Shown piece by piece: positions 1 to 16,965 of a stretch of 64,000 nt of DNA. The notes below the pieces were generated by a model, which did not search any database, had not been told where the DNA came from, and was given only the letters and a program-made list of their open reading frames with translations. The translations under genes were made by a program, and so were the position numbers. Source of the stretch: Octopus vulgaris (taxonomy: Eukaryota); contig OX597820.1 of the NCBI GenBank assembly GCA_951406725.2, positions 67,146,001 to 67,210,000 on the forward strand, given 5' to 3'. Positions within the stretch are counted from its first letter, which is position 1. Each line of letters starts with the position of its first letter.

Positions 1-140
1 CACACACATACATACATACATACATACATACATACATACATACATACATACATACATACATACATACATACATACATACATACATACATACATACATACA
101 TACATACATACATACATACATACATACATACATACATACA
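1..140. repeat. (CATA)n microsatellite
   Basis: Perfect CATA tetranucleotide array running in from the window start. Confidence 0.98.
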
Positions 141-433
141 TTTTTACACGCACACACGCGTGTACGCTCATGTACAAACATATCTCTAAAAGGCAGCGCA
201 GCCAAAGAATCTCTTTCCATTCGTCCAAAATGCAAGAAATAGTATCCAAATCGCCCTCACAAAAAAAAAATTGTGCTGACTTATGACTTAGTAGGATGCG
301 TTGGATAATCTAAACCAAGATATTTAAAAAAAAAAAGAGAAAAACTGGGCAATCACAACTGGAACATCTTTGATCATAAGTCCAAAGGATCATTGCCGAT
401 AAGGAGTTAAAAAGTCACAGAAACATCTTCTGT

Positions 434-848
434 CGGCGAGCTGGCAGAAACGTTAGCACGCCGGGTGAAATGCTTTGCGGTATTTCGTCTGCCGTTACGT
501 TCTGAGTTCAAATTCCGCCGAGGTCGACTTTGCCTTTCATCCTTTCGGGGTCGATAAATTAAGTAGCAGTTACGCACTGGGGTCGATCTAGTCGACTTAA
601 TACCTATGTCTGTCCTTGTTTGTCCCCTCTATGTTTAGCCCCTTGTGGGTAATAAAGAAATAGGTATTTCGTCTGTCGTTACGTTCTAAGTTCAAATTCC
701 GCCGAGGTCGACTTTGCCTTTCATCCTTTCAGGGTCGATTAAATAAGTACCAGTTATGCACTTGGGTCGATGTAATCGACTTAATCCGTTTGTCTGTCCA
801 TGTTTGTCCCCTCTGTGTGTAGCTCCTTGTGGGTAGTAAAGAAATAAG
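434..848 (+). mobile_element. tRNA-derived SINE, family A, with internal duplication of the B-box/central segment
   Basis: Head GGCGAGCTGGCAGAAACGTTAGCACGCCGG and B-box GAGTTCAAATTCC, followed by GCCGAGGTCGACTTTGCCTTTCATCCTTTCGGGGTCGATAAATTAAGTA (present twice here). More than 10 copies of this motif occur in the window. Confidence 0.85.
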
Positions 849-1509
849 AAACATCTTCTGGGTTTACATATACACAGGAATTCCTCCGCTCAGCATCAAT
901 GTAAGCATCACTGTTGGCTCAGTTGAGCTTTTCCGTTATCTCTTCACAATCCACCATGCTGCAATCTCATAACTTCGCCGTATCCCTAGCAGGGTGCCTG
1001 AACGGGTGCTATGCCTTGCCAAAGGACAACCAGTAACTATGCAGGGTACGGTCGTCACTCCGTGAGGTATTTTCGAAATACCCGCATACCCTAGAAGATC
1101 ACCAACCTTAATCAAGAGAGTAACTGCAACGCATCTATACGGGTGGCATCCATGGTTGTGTAAACAGTTAATGAAAGATTCACCATGACTCAAGCTTCCA
1201 GTTCAAATTCATGGTACTGGAATTGGATGGCGACAGACAATCATGGGAATCCACGAAAGCAGCAAAAGAAAAAAAACCTACACCCAATGTTTTCTTGTGA
1301 GTGCGATTTGGATACTATTTTTGACATTTTGGACGAATGGAAAGAGATTATCTCGTTGCATCGCCTTTGTTTGTTATGTTTGTACACGTGCGTACACGCG
1401 TATGTATGTATGTATGTATGTATGTATGTATGTATGTATGTATGTATGTATGTATGTATGTATGTATGCATGTATGCATGTATGTATGCATGTGTGTGTG
1501 TGTGTATGC

Positions 1510-2095
1510 ATATATGTCTTTATTCAGTTTTAATTCCAGATTTCTTGCAAATAGAGAAAGAGCTGGTTTCTAATCTAAATCCAAGGTTCCTTCATTGAAA
1601 TTTCAACAAGATATTTTTGTAGGCATGTATGTGTATGTATGTATGTATGTACGTATGTATGTATGTATGTATGTATGTATGTATGTATGTATGTATGTAT
1701 GTATGTATGTATGTATGTATGTATGTATGTACGTACGTATGTATGTATGCATGCATGCATGTATGCATGTATGCATGTGTGTGTATGTATATATGTCATT
1801 ATTCAATTTATTTCAAGATTTCTTGCCAAGATTTCTAACCTTGACTTGAATTTCAACATCAACAACCGGGTATTTTTGTATGTATGTTTGTATGTATGTA
1901 TGTATGTATGTATATATGCATGTATGTATGTACGTATGTATTATGTAAGTATGTATGTGCAGATTTGCATGTTTTATTATGTATTCTCATGCATATGTAT
2001 GTATGTATGTCATTATTCAGTTTATTTCAAGATTTCGTGCCAAGATTTCTAACTTTGATTGGAATTTCAACATCAACAACAGGGTATTTTTTATG
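1510..2095 (-). mobile_element. Three 3'-end fragments of an RLE-type LINE separated by (TATG)n
   Basis: Units at ~1510-1622, ~1790-1880 and ~1955-2095 are reverse complements of the 3' UTR at ~4490-4695 (GTTGAAATTCCAATGAAGGA..., GCAAGAAATCTTGAAATAAA). Confidence 0.75.
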
Positions 2096-2155
2096 TATGT
2101 TTGCATGTATGTATGTATGTATGTATGTATGTATGTATGTATGTATGTATGTATG

Positions 2156-3240
2156 TTCGATCAGTTTGTCTACCTGGGAAGCACTATTAATAGATATAGC
2201 AATTTGGATGACGAAATTTCATATAGAATTAGGAAAGCAAGTGTTGCTTTCGGAAGGCTAGAAAAGTGCCTCTGGAGTCGGCGAGACATATGCAGAAAGA
2301 CAAAGATAAAGGTGTACAAGGCATGTGCGCTCCCTTCTCTTCTCTATGCCTGCGAGACGTGGGTTACATATCGATACCAACTTAAACAACTGGAACGTTT
2401 CCATCAGATGTGTCTCAGACGGATCTATGGCATTAAGTGGAAGGACCGCATCAGTGATCATGAAATATTGGAAGGCTCTCGGCATGAAAGTATAGAAGCT
2501 CTTGTGTTAAAGCAAAGGCTCAGATGGAGTGGTCATCTGGTCAGGATGAAGGATTCAAGGATACCAAAACAACTCTTTTGTGGAGAGTTAGCTAAAGGAG
2601 AACGACCTCTACATAAACCAAAAAAGAGGTATAAGGACTTGCTGAAGGCTTCTTTAAAAGATGCTTGCATCTCTCCTGACACATGGGAAGGCACAACTAT
2701 TGATCGTAGCAGGTGGAGAAGGATGTGCACGAGGGGACAGCCACTTTTGAGAAATCTCGAGTTGCACATGAGAAAGTAAGGAGGGATGTCAGGAAGGGCA
2801 TCGCTGTTACACTTCCATACGGGAAGGGTCTTCCTGTGATGCTGACATGCAGTTTCTGTGCAAGACCCTGCCTCAGTAAAGCTGGACTCAAGAGTCATCT
2901 TCGTAGTCATAAAGCGAGACAGATGAGTGACAACCTGGCCACTGGTGGTGGTGTAACACACCATACTAATCATATCTGTCGGGCATGTGGAAGAGAGTGT
3001 AATTCTGCAGGGGGACTTAAACGACATGCAAAGGTACATGAAGCCCAGTTACAACTACAGCTGGCTATTACCGGTAAAGGTTTTAGTTGCCAATTCGGTA
3101 CAAAACATTGTAGATCTTTAGCTGTAGATAAGCTGTAGATCTTTAGCTGTAGATCTTTAGTCACATTCGATCACAGCACCAGTAACAGTTAAGCTTCGTG
3201 CAATGGCCATACTCGATAACGAGGGGGCAGCCATAATAAT
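2156..3240 (+). mobile_element. 5'-truncated RTE-clade LINE: RT C-terminus plus C2H2 zinc fingers, frameshifted
   Basis: Motifs FVYLGS, RIRKASVAFGRL, TKIKVY, LLYACETW, LERFHQMCLRRI, RLRWSGHLVRM and RIPKQL are typical of RTE/BovB ORFs. The shifted frame (2713-3138) gives CSFC..LKSHLRSH and CRAC..LKRHAKVH. Flanked by (TATG)n on both sides. Confidence 0.93.
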
Positions 3241-3324
3241 GTACGTATGTATGCATGTATGTATGTATGTATGTATGTATGTATGTATGTATGTATGTAT
3301 GTATGTATGTATGTATGTATGTAT

Positions 3325-3612
3325 CTCCATCGGTTGCGGCGACGAAACAGCCTGCTCGTGAAATGAACGGACAAGTAGCTGAGCAATCCACAGATACGCA
3401 TGCCCTTAATGTAGTTCTCAGGGAGATTCAGTGACACAGAGAATTTGATATGGCTAGCCCCTTTGAAATAACAGGTACTAATTGTTTTCGCCTGCTGAGT
3501 GGGCTGGAGCAACAAGAAATAAGTGTCTTACTCAAGGATACAACGCACCGCCGGGAATCGAAATCGCAACCATACGACCGTGAGCCAAATACCTTAATCA
3601 CTAAGCCACTAG
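3325..3612 (-). mobile_element. tRNA-derived SINE, family C
   Basis: The minus strand begins with a tRNA-like head (TGGCTTAGTGATTAAGG...GGTTGCGATTTCGATTCCC) then CCTTGAGTAAGACACTT. The body matches copies at ~17300, ~17900, ~23200 and ~57600. Confidence 0.75.
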
Positions 3613-4084
3613 CTTTCTCTCAACACGTTCACAGTGTTTATTTTAGGCCTATCGGATCAGAGCTAGTTGAGTTGGAGCTAAACGATGATTACGGCGATGA
3701 AGGCAGTAACAAAGGCGACAACGAGAATGACAGCACTAAAAATAGCTCTCATCTCTGGAGGAGGTTTTTGCCTTTAAGGAGTCACTCGACCTGTTCGGCC
3801 TTTCTGTTGAATTTCCTTCAAATAAAACCCACATGAAGGACACATTGTATAATGTAGTTTTGAATACTCTAAAGGACGTGATCAGCAATATTGTATGTGT
3901 GTGCGCGCGTGTGCGTGTGTGTGTGTGTGTGTGTAATGGCAGAACCGATAGCATGTCGAACTAAACACTGAGCGATAACTGGTAACGTGCCTTTGAATTC
4001 TACTTCAAAGTTTGTCTCCCATTCTTTCAAATCTAACAAAATTGGAGTCAATATAATGAATTTATAATTATCCTTGAAGAACAG

Positions 4085-5237
<1,153 letters not shown>

Positions 5238-5244
5238 TGTTGTT

Positions 5245-5539
5245 TGTACCTTCTCGAGTCATGTCTGGCTCATAAGGGCCGGTTTCCCGGTTTCTTTGGC
5301 GTATAGGCTCCCCACCTGAACGGGACGCCGGTCCGTCGCAGGTGAGCTGCATGATGCAGGAGGAAAGAGTGAGAGAAAGTTGTGGCGAAAGAGTCAACAG
5401 AAGTTCGCCATTAACTTCTGCCGGAGCCGCGTGGAGCTTTGGCGTTTCGTTCATGAACACACACATCGCCCGATCTGAGATTCGAACCCGCGATCCCTGG
5501 ACCGTGAGTCTACTGCCCTAAACACTAGGCCATGTGCCT

Positions 5540-5540
<1 letters not shown>
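5245..5540 (-). mobile_element. tRNA-derived SINE, family C-related
   Basis: Minus-strand head GGCACATGGCCTAGTGTTTAGGGCAG...GCGGGTTCGAATCTC; tail ends in (AAC)n. Confidence 0.75.
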
Positions 5541-5623
<83 letters not shown>

Positions 5624-5789
5624 TTTAAGTAAGGATTTGTGAACTTGGTTATTTTCCAACTCATTACTATCTTTTCCTTTATCAGATTTGGTCTGATAGC
5701 ATTTTTTACAATTGTCTTGCTTGTCCTTTGTCGCCCAATTAAATGCATAGAAAAGGAATTTCTTGTAGCAACTAAATATCAACTAAATT

Positions 5790-7530
5790 TAATGACTGGT
5801 GAGAAACATTTACTCTAAACAACTTCGAACACGACCTGAAGACGGCACTGGAATTTTGCGTGTGTGTACCCGGGAAGATCTTCAGACGTCTCTTTGATCT
5901 TGACCACAAACTTGGCCTTGGTGTTGCAAGCAAAGCATTTAGTGACCTTCTCAGCTGCGACACACTCATAGTAAACCCATGGGATTACAATCGAGAGAAT
6001 TAGAAGGCCAGATATTGGGGCTGGTGAAGCCGTAGAAATTTTCCAACAACTACTTCTGACTCTTTCCCGAGGCGTAACAAGGAACCGAATTCTGCTGCCA
6101 CCCATATGGCCTTCCAGCAGCAACCCTCTCCAGCTAAGGTTTTAATACACTCTCCAGCAGTTTCACACAGCCGTCTTAATTGACCTTCAAGCCCTGATCA
6201 AAGACGTGGAGCGGAATGACGTCTCCCTCACTGAAGACACATCAAAAGATCATCATATTTTGAGGAAAATTGGTTTTCACGATACATGGGATATCACATA
6301 TTTTCTAGACAAGCCACTTGTTCTGAATACTGTGCGACTGGTCCTGGCCGAAGTCATTTTCATCCGAGAAGAATCAGATCATCCTCAGCTTAACAGTAGA
6401 CATCAGCTTGTTCGAGATCTCCTTTGCCTTCGTCAAGAAGTTTACCTTGGCCTTAGCTGTCAGCATTTGTCCCTTGCCTCTCTTGTATGAGTGCTAGCGA
6501 AGGTCTTCATTCAAGACCAGCTTCAAGGTAGTGACTCCACCTCCAATCTCTCTCTCCAAATCCCGGGTTCCCTAGTTCAGATATTCCACCCTGTAATTTT
6601 TTAATGAGCGCTGATGTACGGACGCAGTCAGAACGACTACTGTGTCCCTTCCTGCTGGCCATGGCTTCATAGTTCCTTTTGCCGCTGTCCATGTTACGAC
6701 TCACAGCCTCTACAGTGTTCACAAAGCAGTGAACAGCAGCCATGGTGAGGGTAGCCGTCTTAATTGACCTTCAAGCCCTGATCAAAGACGTGGAGCGGAC
6801 GTCTCCCTCACTGAAGACACATCAAAAGATCATCATATTTTGAGGAAAATTGGTTTTCACGATACATGGGATATCACATATTTTCTAGACAAGCCACTTG
6901 TTCTGAATACTGTGCGACTGGTCCTGGCCGAAGTCATTTTCATCCGAGAAGAATCAGATCATCCTCAGCTTAACAGTATGACATCAGCTTGTTCGAGATC
7001 TCCTTTGCCTTCGTCAAGAAGTTTACCTTGGCCTTAGCTGTCAGCATTTGTCCCTTGCCTCTCTTGTATGAGTGCTGGCGAAGGTCTTCATTCAAGACCA
7101 GCTTCAAGGTAGTGACTCCACCTCCAATCTCTCTCCAAATCCCGGGTTCCCTAGTTCAGATATTCCACCCTGTAATTTTTTAATGAGCGCTGATGTACGG
7201 ACGCAGTCAGAACGACTACTGTGTCCCTTCCTGCTGGCCATGGTTTCATAGTTCCTTTTGCCGCTGTCCATGTTACGACTCACAGCCTCTACAGTGTTCA
7301 CAAAGCAGTGAACAGCAGCCATGGTGAGGGTATTTTGATACCCGATACGAATGATCACGATGTAACATAGTCCTCCATGTCAACTAGATATTTAAGGCTA
7401 GTCTTCTAACCGAGATGTAACGTATTTATCGCATTCCAAGAAAAGCTACCATTCCTGGCAATATTGCTGATATTTTCTAGGTTGCGAGATGGAGACCATG
7501 CATAACAAAATGCTGGTAAAATGAGTATTT
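5790..7530 (-). pseudogene. Decayed Tc1/mariner-superfamily transposase (maT/DD37D-like) with internal tandem duplication
   Basis: Minus-strand translation gives VKTNFPQ..MIF*CVFSEGDV, GLKVN*DG, RVAAGRPYGWQQNSVPC and NIWPSNSLDCNPM. These correspond to the WQQDSAP and WPPNSPDLNP motifs. Many stops and frameshifts. Confidence 0.85.
6169..7331. repeat. Near-identical direct tandem duplication, 2 x ~580 bp (6169-6752 and 6753-7331)
   Basis: Both units run AGCCGTCTTAATTGACC...CATGGTGAGGGT and differ by a few small indels and substitutions. Confidence 0.95.
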
Positions 7531-8063
7531 CTTCTCCAACTCAGTCCAACCACTCTTGGCTCACACACAAATGAAACAGCTGCACACTCATGTATATACA
7601 TACATATTGTGTCTTAGCGGGGGTCATTCTTCAAATAAAAAACCACACAAAGTTTCTATTTCACTTCTTTTTATCATTATTTGTCGTTAATGAATCGTTT
7701 AACTAATCGGATGCTTGATTAATCGTATGATCCATGATCAATCAACTAATTGCTTTATCAGGGTTCATCGTTATTCTAGAGAAAATCAATAACGGTTTGG
7801 ACACACCGTGACGGACTTGCAACAACAAAGGCACGTCCTTGATGAGGTCATGGATGGCAACGAAAGGACTTTCATAAACAAACTGATTGATTTATTGATC
7901 AAACGACAAGACAAGCTATCGGTTAGTTAACTGGTTAATTAGTTTACCTGTTGGCTAATAATAAAAATAAGTGAAACAGAATCAATGTGTGGTTTTTATG
8001 GGCAAAACGGCTCCCCCAAGATGTATCTGCATGATTTGTTTTCAAAACAGATAAACGGAAGTT

Positions 8064-8109
<46 letters not shown>

Positions 8110-8380
8110 ATATATATGGCTGTCAAGACTACATAAACTATTGTGTAAATGCTAACAAAGCTAAATGTCAAGAAAAAAATAGAATAAAATATACTTTAAA
8201 AAATAAAGCAAAATTAATTTTATTGGTCACATTAAAACATTCCACCATGTTTAAGGACCACAGTGTTCCATTTTCAACAACAATTGCTCGTATCCCAATT
8301 GTGGAAGGAAGCAATGATGGCTTCAAAAACAAGAACAGTCGATCTTAGAGAGGATTTTTCAAAAACTATTACGATTAATA

Positions 8381-8772
8381 CTCTTTCTCTTTTCTCTTTT
8401 ACTTGTTTCAGTCATTTGATTGCGACCATGCTGGAGCACCACCTTGAGTCGAACAAATCGACCCCCAGTACTTATTCTTTGTAAGCCTAGTACTTATTCT
8501 ATCGGTCTTTCTTGCCGAACCGCTAAGTTACGGGGACGTAAACACACCAGCATCGGTTGTCAAGCGATGCTGGGGGGACAAACACAGACACACATATATA
8601 CATATATACGACGGGCTTCTTTCAGTTTCTGTCTACCAAATCCACTCACAAGGCTTTGGTCGGCCCGAGGCTATAGTAAAAGACACTTGTCCAAGGTGCC
8701 CCGCAGTGGGACTGAACCCAGAACCATGTGGCTGGTAAGCAAGCTACTTACCACACAGCCACTCCTGCGCCT
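8381..8772 (-). mobile_element. SINE family B (tRNA head, CORE-like segment, internal microsatellite)
   Basis: Minus strand: GGCGCAGGAGTGGCTGTGTGGTAAG...GGGTTCAGTCCCACTGCG, then GGCACCTTGGACAAGTGTC, an internal (TA)/(TG) tract and an AAAAGAG-like tail. Confidence 0.88.
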
Positions 8773-8859
8773 GTCAATTATCCTGATAAAAATCTTTGAA
8801 AAACAATGAGATTAAAGCCTCGTTGGTGGACGAAGGTTGAAAACCATATCGGTTGTCCC

Positions 8860-11260
<2,401 letters not shown>

Positions 11261-11297
11261 TAATACGTCACCTGACATTCATTATATATCTATAGGA

Positions 11298-11600
<303 letters not shown>

Positions 11601-12639
11601 GTGTTCTGTTTTTGCAATAAATTATGAATAAATAAGATTATAACCGGAAAATATTATGAAAATAAAATGAAAAGTAAACGACAATGCAAATAAAAACATC
11701 AATAATTTTTTTTTTTTTGTACCACCCTGAAAACACTCTTCATGCACCCCGCATACTATTTTTTCTTTTTCATCTTTTACGTCTTCATTCATTTTTTTTT
11801 TCCGTGGTCTTCTCCTCCACTTCTTTCCTCCCTCATCACCTCACCTCTTATATAACCGCTTTTTGTTTCAGTTTTTTCCCCTTCTTCAGCGCCAACAACG
11901 TTGATGTTCTATGTTCTAGGCCTTTACGCCGCATGTTGTGACTTGCATTATTATTATTGTTAACGATATTGCTATTGGCGGTGATATTCCTACTATGGCT
12001 TCTTTTTTTTTGTCTGTATGTGTTGTCGTTCTTGTTATTGTTGTATGTTGTGATGATATTGATCAAATTGTTGTTGTTGTTGTAATCCTTAGTGATTGCC
12101 GCGATAAATAAGTAATGTTCAACAGAACACACAAAAAAACCTTACCGTATAAGTTACGGGACTTTATGAGTTGTTGCTGCTCATTGATTTCACTTACAGT
12201 ATACTGATCGATTTAATTTATATGTCTTGCTACACAACTAGCAATGCCGACCACACGAACAAGACTTCTAGTCATGATACCGCCACGAGGAAAAAAAACA
12301 AAAAAAAAACAACAAAACAAACAAAAAATAAAGATAAAACAGAAAACTCCTTTAATAAAATAGAAATGTGAGTGAGTTAAGGAGCTGCTATGTGGTTGAT
12401 TAATTTGTGAGAAATATCGACCAAATTTCCCTCAAATCGCGGCCCACCGTCTTAAAAGGACATATTTGTTATTCCCAACAGGTATAATTTGTTTTATGAG
12501 GAAGGGTATAATCGATTCTTTCGACTCCGTTATTTGACTGGCACTTTATTGTATCGAACTCGAAAGGAATAAAGGGCAAAGGTGACCGTTGTGAGATTTG
12601 ACCTCAAAGCGTAAAGAACCAGGATGAATAATAGTTTCA

Positions 12640-12846
12640 AATTTTGACACAAGGCCAGCACTTTTAGGGGAGAGCCTAAGTCGATTAAGTTGACTCCCAG
12701 TGCTCAACTGGTACTTATTTCATCGACCCTGAAAAGATGAAAGGCAAAGTCGATATTGACGGAATTTGAACTCAGGATGTAAAGACGAACGAAAATGCCG
12801 CTAAGTATTTTGCCCGGTATGCTAACGATTCTACCAGCTCGCCCCG
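12640..12846 (-). mobile_element. SINE family A
   Basis: Reverse complement of the family A head and central motif; a decayed copy lies just upstream (~12490-12620). Confidence 0.75.
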
Positions 12847-13297
12847 CTCTTAACCAAAAAAAAAAAAGTAATAATAATAGTAATAATAGAACAATTTTTG
12901 CCAATCCACCAACTTTAATAGCCCTACATTAGATATTGTAGTGCCTAAGATTCTATGAGAAGATGTAGTCCTAGATACACTGTACCTGAGTCTTGAACAG
13001 TTTTGATCATAGATCGGCTGGATCAGGACCCGTATTTAAAAACAACAACAAAAGCCAGCCAGCCAGACAGACAGCAAAGAAGCTTCTTTACTGGTGGTTC
13101 TCAGCCGTTTTTTTGCCTGTAGCCCCTTTGGTTCCTATTTGAATCTACTGTACCCTCAAGAAGCTCGCTTCCCAACCACATGGTTCCAGGTTCAGTCCGA
13201 CTGCGTGGCATTTTGAGCAAGTGACTTCTACTATAGCCTCGGGTCTACAAAAGCCTTGTGAGCGGATTTGGTAGACGGAAACTGAAAGAAGCCTGTC

Positions 13298-13336
<39 letters not shown>

Positions 13337-13345
<9 letters not shown>

Positions 13346-13588
13346 TTAGAGACAAAACCACTATTAGGCAAATCATACAATGAAAAACTTAAGCCAATAC
13401 ATAAGATTAATTAATTTATATTATTTTAAATATATATCAAAATTATTAAAAAAAGATAATTACTAATTATCTTTTTTTAATAATTTTGATATATATTTAA
13501 AATAATATAAATTAATTAATCTTATGTATTGGCTTAAGTTTTCATTGTATGATTTGCCTAATAGTGGTTTTGTCTCTAATTTAATATA
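13337..13588. repeat. Near-perfect palindrome, ~125-bp arms, 1-nt centre at 13463
   Basis: TTAAATTAGAGACAAAACCAC...GATAATTA-C-TAATTATC...GTGGTTTTGTCTCTAATTTAA. Confidence 0.95.
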
Positions 13589-13704
13589 ATATAATATTTT
13601 ACTATAAAATTGGATTCAATCCTAAATTTGATTTTTCCCTGTAAGTTTGGATTTATTCCCTAATATTTTATTATTAATTTATATATATATATATATATAG
13701 ATAT

Positions 13705-13984
<280 letters not shown>

Positions 13985-14600
13985 ATGTGTATGTGTCTGT
14001 ATTTGTGTCTCCCATCACCGCTTGACAACCGGTGTTGGTGTGTTTACGTCCCCATAACTTAGCGGTTCGGCAAAAGAGCCCGATAGAATAAAGTACGATA
14101 CTTAAAAAAATAAGTCCTGGAGACGCCTTGTTTTTCTACTAAAATTCTTCAAGGCGGTGCTCCAGCATAGCCACAATCAAATGACTGAAACAAATAAAAG
14201 AATAATTAAATGTTATCAGAAATTGTTAAAATATTTTGTGTATTATCGAAGTGTAACCAATTTATTGCACATAAACTTTAACAAGATCTTATATGGACCC
14301 ACTCAAGGGCCCTATGGTCCTCAGTTGGGGACCACTGCTCTATACGGCCTCTCACCTTGATCGTCGTAGCAACTAAATCTACACTAAAGACGAGTCAATG
14401 GGGGGAGGACTTCAAATTGGTTGTTCGGCCTGCTAGAAATAGCAGCTAAATTTCGCTGAAATCGCCGTATCAGGACAAATACTTCCCGACGACAAGTACC
14501 CCCTAGGACAACGGCTGCAACACTAAAAGAAGCCCTTATGTAGTTGCTGCCTGTTGATTGTAACTGCCAGATTTGAAACAACGAAATCCATCATCATCAA

Positions 14601-14639
<39 letters not shown>

Positions 14640-14855
14640 TTCTACCAAAGGCAGAAAAACCTGAAATTTGTGGTGGGGAAAGGGGACTAGTCGATTACAT
14701 CGGCCCCAGGGTTTTACTGGTACTTAATTTGGCGAGTCCGAAAGGATGAAAGGCAAAGTCGACTTCGGTGAAATTTGAAACCTAGAAAGTAGTGACGGGC
14801 GAAACACCACTAAGCATTTCGTCCAGCGTGCTAACGATTCTGCCAGCTAACCGCC
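14640..14855 (-). mobile_element. SINE family A within (CAT)n
   Basis: Reverse complement of the family A motif (GAAAGGATGAAAGGCAAAGTCGAC), flanked by (ATC)n. Confidence 0.75.
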
Positions 14856-14890
14856 TTTCATCATCATCAATATCATCGTCATCATCATCC

Positions 14891-14935
<45 letters not shown>

Positions 14936-15791
14936 ACATTATTATCATCGTCATCATCATCAACAACAACAACAGCAACAACAACAAAATCCCAGACATT
15001 ACTGTCTTGAGTGCTAGGGCTGACGGGGCTGGTTACCCACTTTCCCTGGCTTATAGGTGGCCGAGATCACAACACTCCATCCCTCACCCCACCCCACCCC
15101 ACCCTGAACGGGACACCAGTCCTTCGCAGGGTTATCTCATTTACAAGTGAGTAGAGTAGATCAACATAAAATGAAGCGTTTTGATTGAGAACACAACAAC
15201 ACACTGCCCGATCCGGGAATTGAAACTACGATCATGCGATCGTGAGCGCAACACCTTAACCACCATGTCGTGCACCATCTTTAAATCAGGTAAGCCGAGC
15301 TTGTGAGCTTTACATTGATCAATGCCGTTAGCATATATATATTTCCAACCAATTTCTTACTGCCTTTGAAGCTCGCTGCATTAAACCATGTTAGTATTAC
15401 TAATATGCACTAAAAATAAAAGCTATGGTTAGTAAAATTGATCGAACGAAAGATTCGATCAGTTATTCTTGTGCAATAAGATTAATCAATTAAACTTGAT
15501 CAAAGCGACCACCGCCACCAACCACTATCAACACCACCATAGCCAACGCCATCACCACCAGCACCACTATTACCACCACTATCAACAACAGCAACGACGA
15601 TGACGATGACGATGACGACAGCGACAAGGAAACAAAGGAGTTTCTATGTGGTTTATTTGCTTTTAGAAATAGTAGCTAAATCTCCCTCAAATCATGCTGA
15701 AGCGTCTTTAAAAAGGGAAGAAAGAACACAAGTACCTGAAAAAAAAAAACTAGTTAGTATGGTCATGGTGGGAAGGTCTTTGATCAGTGTC

Positions 15792-16282
15792 TGCTCGATT
15801 GGGGCTGGCTTTGGACTGAACACCAACAACAAAAACGGACTAAAAAGAAAGCTTACGTGGTTGATCAAGTAGCTAGAAATAGCAACCTCAAATTACACAC
15901 GATTGTATTCAAGAAGGGCATGTTGGATCATGGGGTTCTAGATTCATAGGAAAAATGCTCGATCGGGGCTAGCTTTGGACTGAACACCAACAACAAAGAC
16001 GGACTAAAAAGAAGGTTACGTGGTTGATCAAGTAGCTAGAAATAGCAACCTCAAATTACACACGATTGTATTCAAGAAGGGCATGTTGGATCATGGGGTT
16101 CTAGATTCATAGGAAAAATGCTCGATCGGGGCTAGCTTTGGACTGAACACCAACAACAAAAACGGACTAAAAAGAAAGCTTACGTGGTTGATCAAGTAGC
16201 TAGAAATAGCAACCTCAAATTACACACGATTGTATTCAAGAAGGGCATGTTGGATCATGGGGTTCTAGATTCATAGGAAAAA
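15792..16282 (+). repeat. Tandem repeat, 3 x 163-164 bp, derived from a dispersed (AAC)n-ending repeat
   Basis: Units start TGCTCGAT at 15792, 15956 and 16119 and are nearly identical. Confidence 0.93.
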
Positions 16283-16354
16283 TACAGAAAAGCCATGGTT
16301 AGAATGCTTTTGATCATACGTCTTCTCAATAAGAGCTAATCTGGGGCTAATTCT

Positions 16355-16965
16355 TTTCTACTCTGGGCACAAGGCCCGAAATTTTGGAGGAAGGCGCCAG
16401 TCGATTAGATCGACCCCATTACGCAATTGGTACTGAATATATCGACCCCGAATGAATGAAATGCATAGTCGACCTCGGCGGAATTTGAACTCAGAGCATA
16501 AAGACAAACGAAATAACTCTAAGCATTTCGCCTAGCGTGCTAACGTTTCTTATTTCTTTACTGCCCACAAGGGACTACACATAGAGGGGACAAACAAGGA
16601 TACACAAACGGATTAAGTCGATTATATCAACCTCAGAGCGTAACTGGTACTTATTTAATTGACCCCGAAAGGATGAAAGGCAAAGTCGACCCCGGCGGAA
16701 TTTGAACTCAGAACGTAGCAGCAGACAACATACCTATTTCTTTACTACCCACAAGGGGCTACAGAACATGACAAACAAGGACAGACACGCGGATTAAGTC
16801 GATTATATCGACCTCAGTGCGTAACTGGTACTTATTTAATCGACCCCGAAAGGATGAACGGCAAAGTCGACCTCGGCGGAATTTGAACTCAGAACGTAAC
16901 GGCAGACAACATACTGCTAAGCATTTCGCCCTGCGTGCTAAAGTTTCTGACAGCTCGCCGCCTTT
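16355..16965 (-). mobile_element. SINE family A with triplicated central segment
   Basis: GTCGACC(T/C)CGGCGGAATTTGAACTCAGA occurs three times; the head ends CAGCTCGCCGCC. Confidence 0.85.

Noticed and set aside
7833-7870. gtcc-TTGATGA...GAAA-ggac hammerhead-like string
   Set aside because: Core mismatch, poor stem II, and no helix III or cleavage triplet.
15792-16282. Regularly spaced repeats resembling a CRISPR array
   Set aside because: Whole 163-bp units repeat with no unique spacers, there are no cas genes, and the context is eukaryotic.
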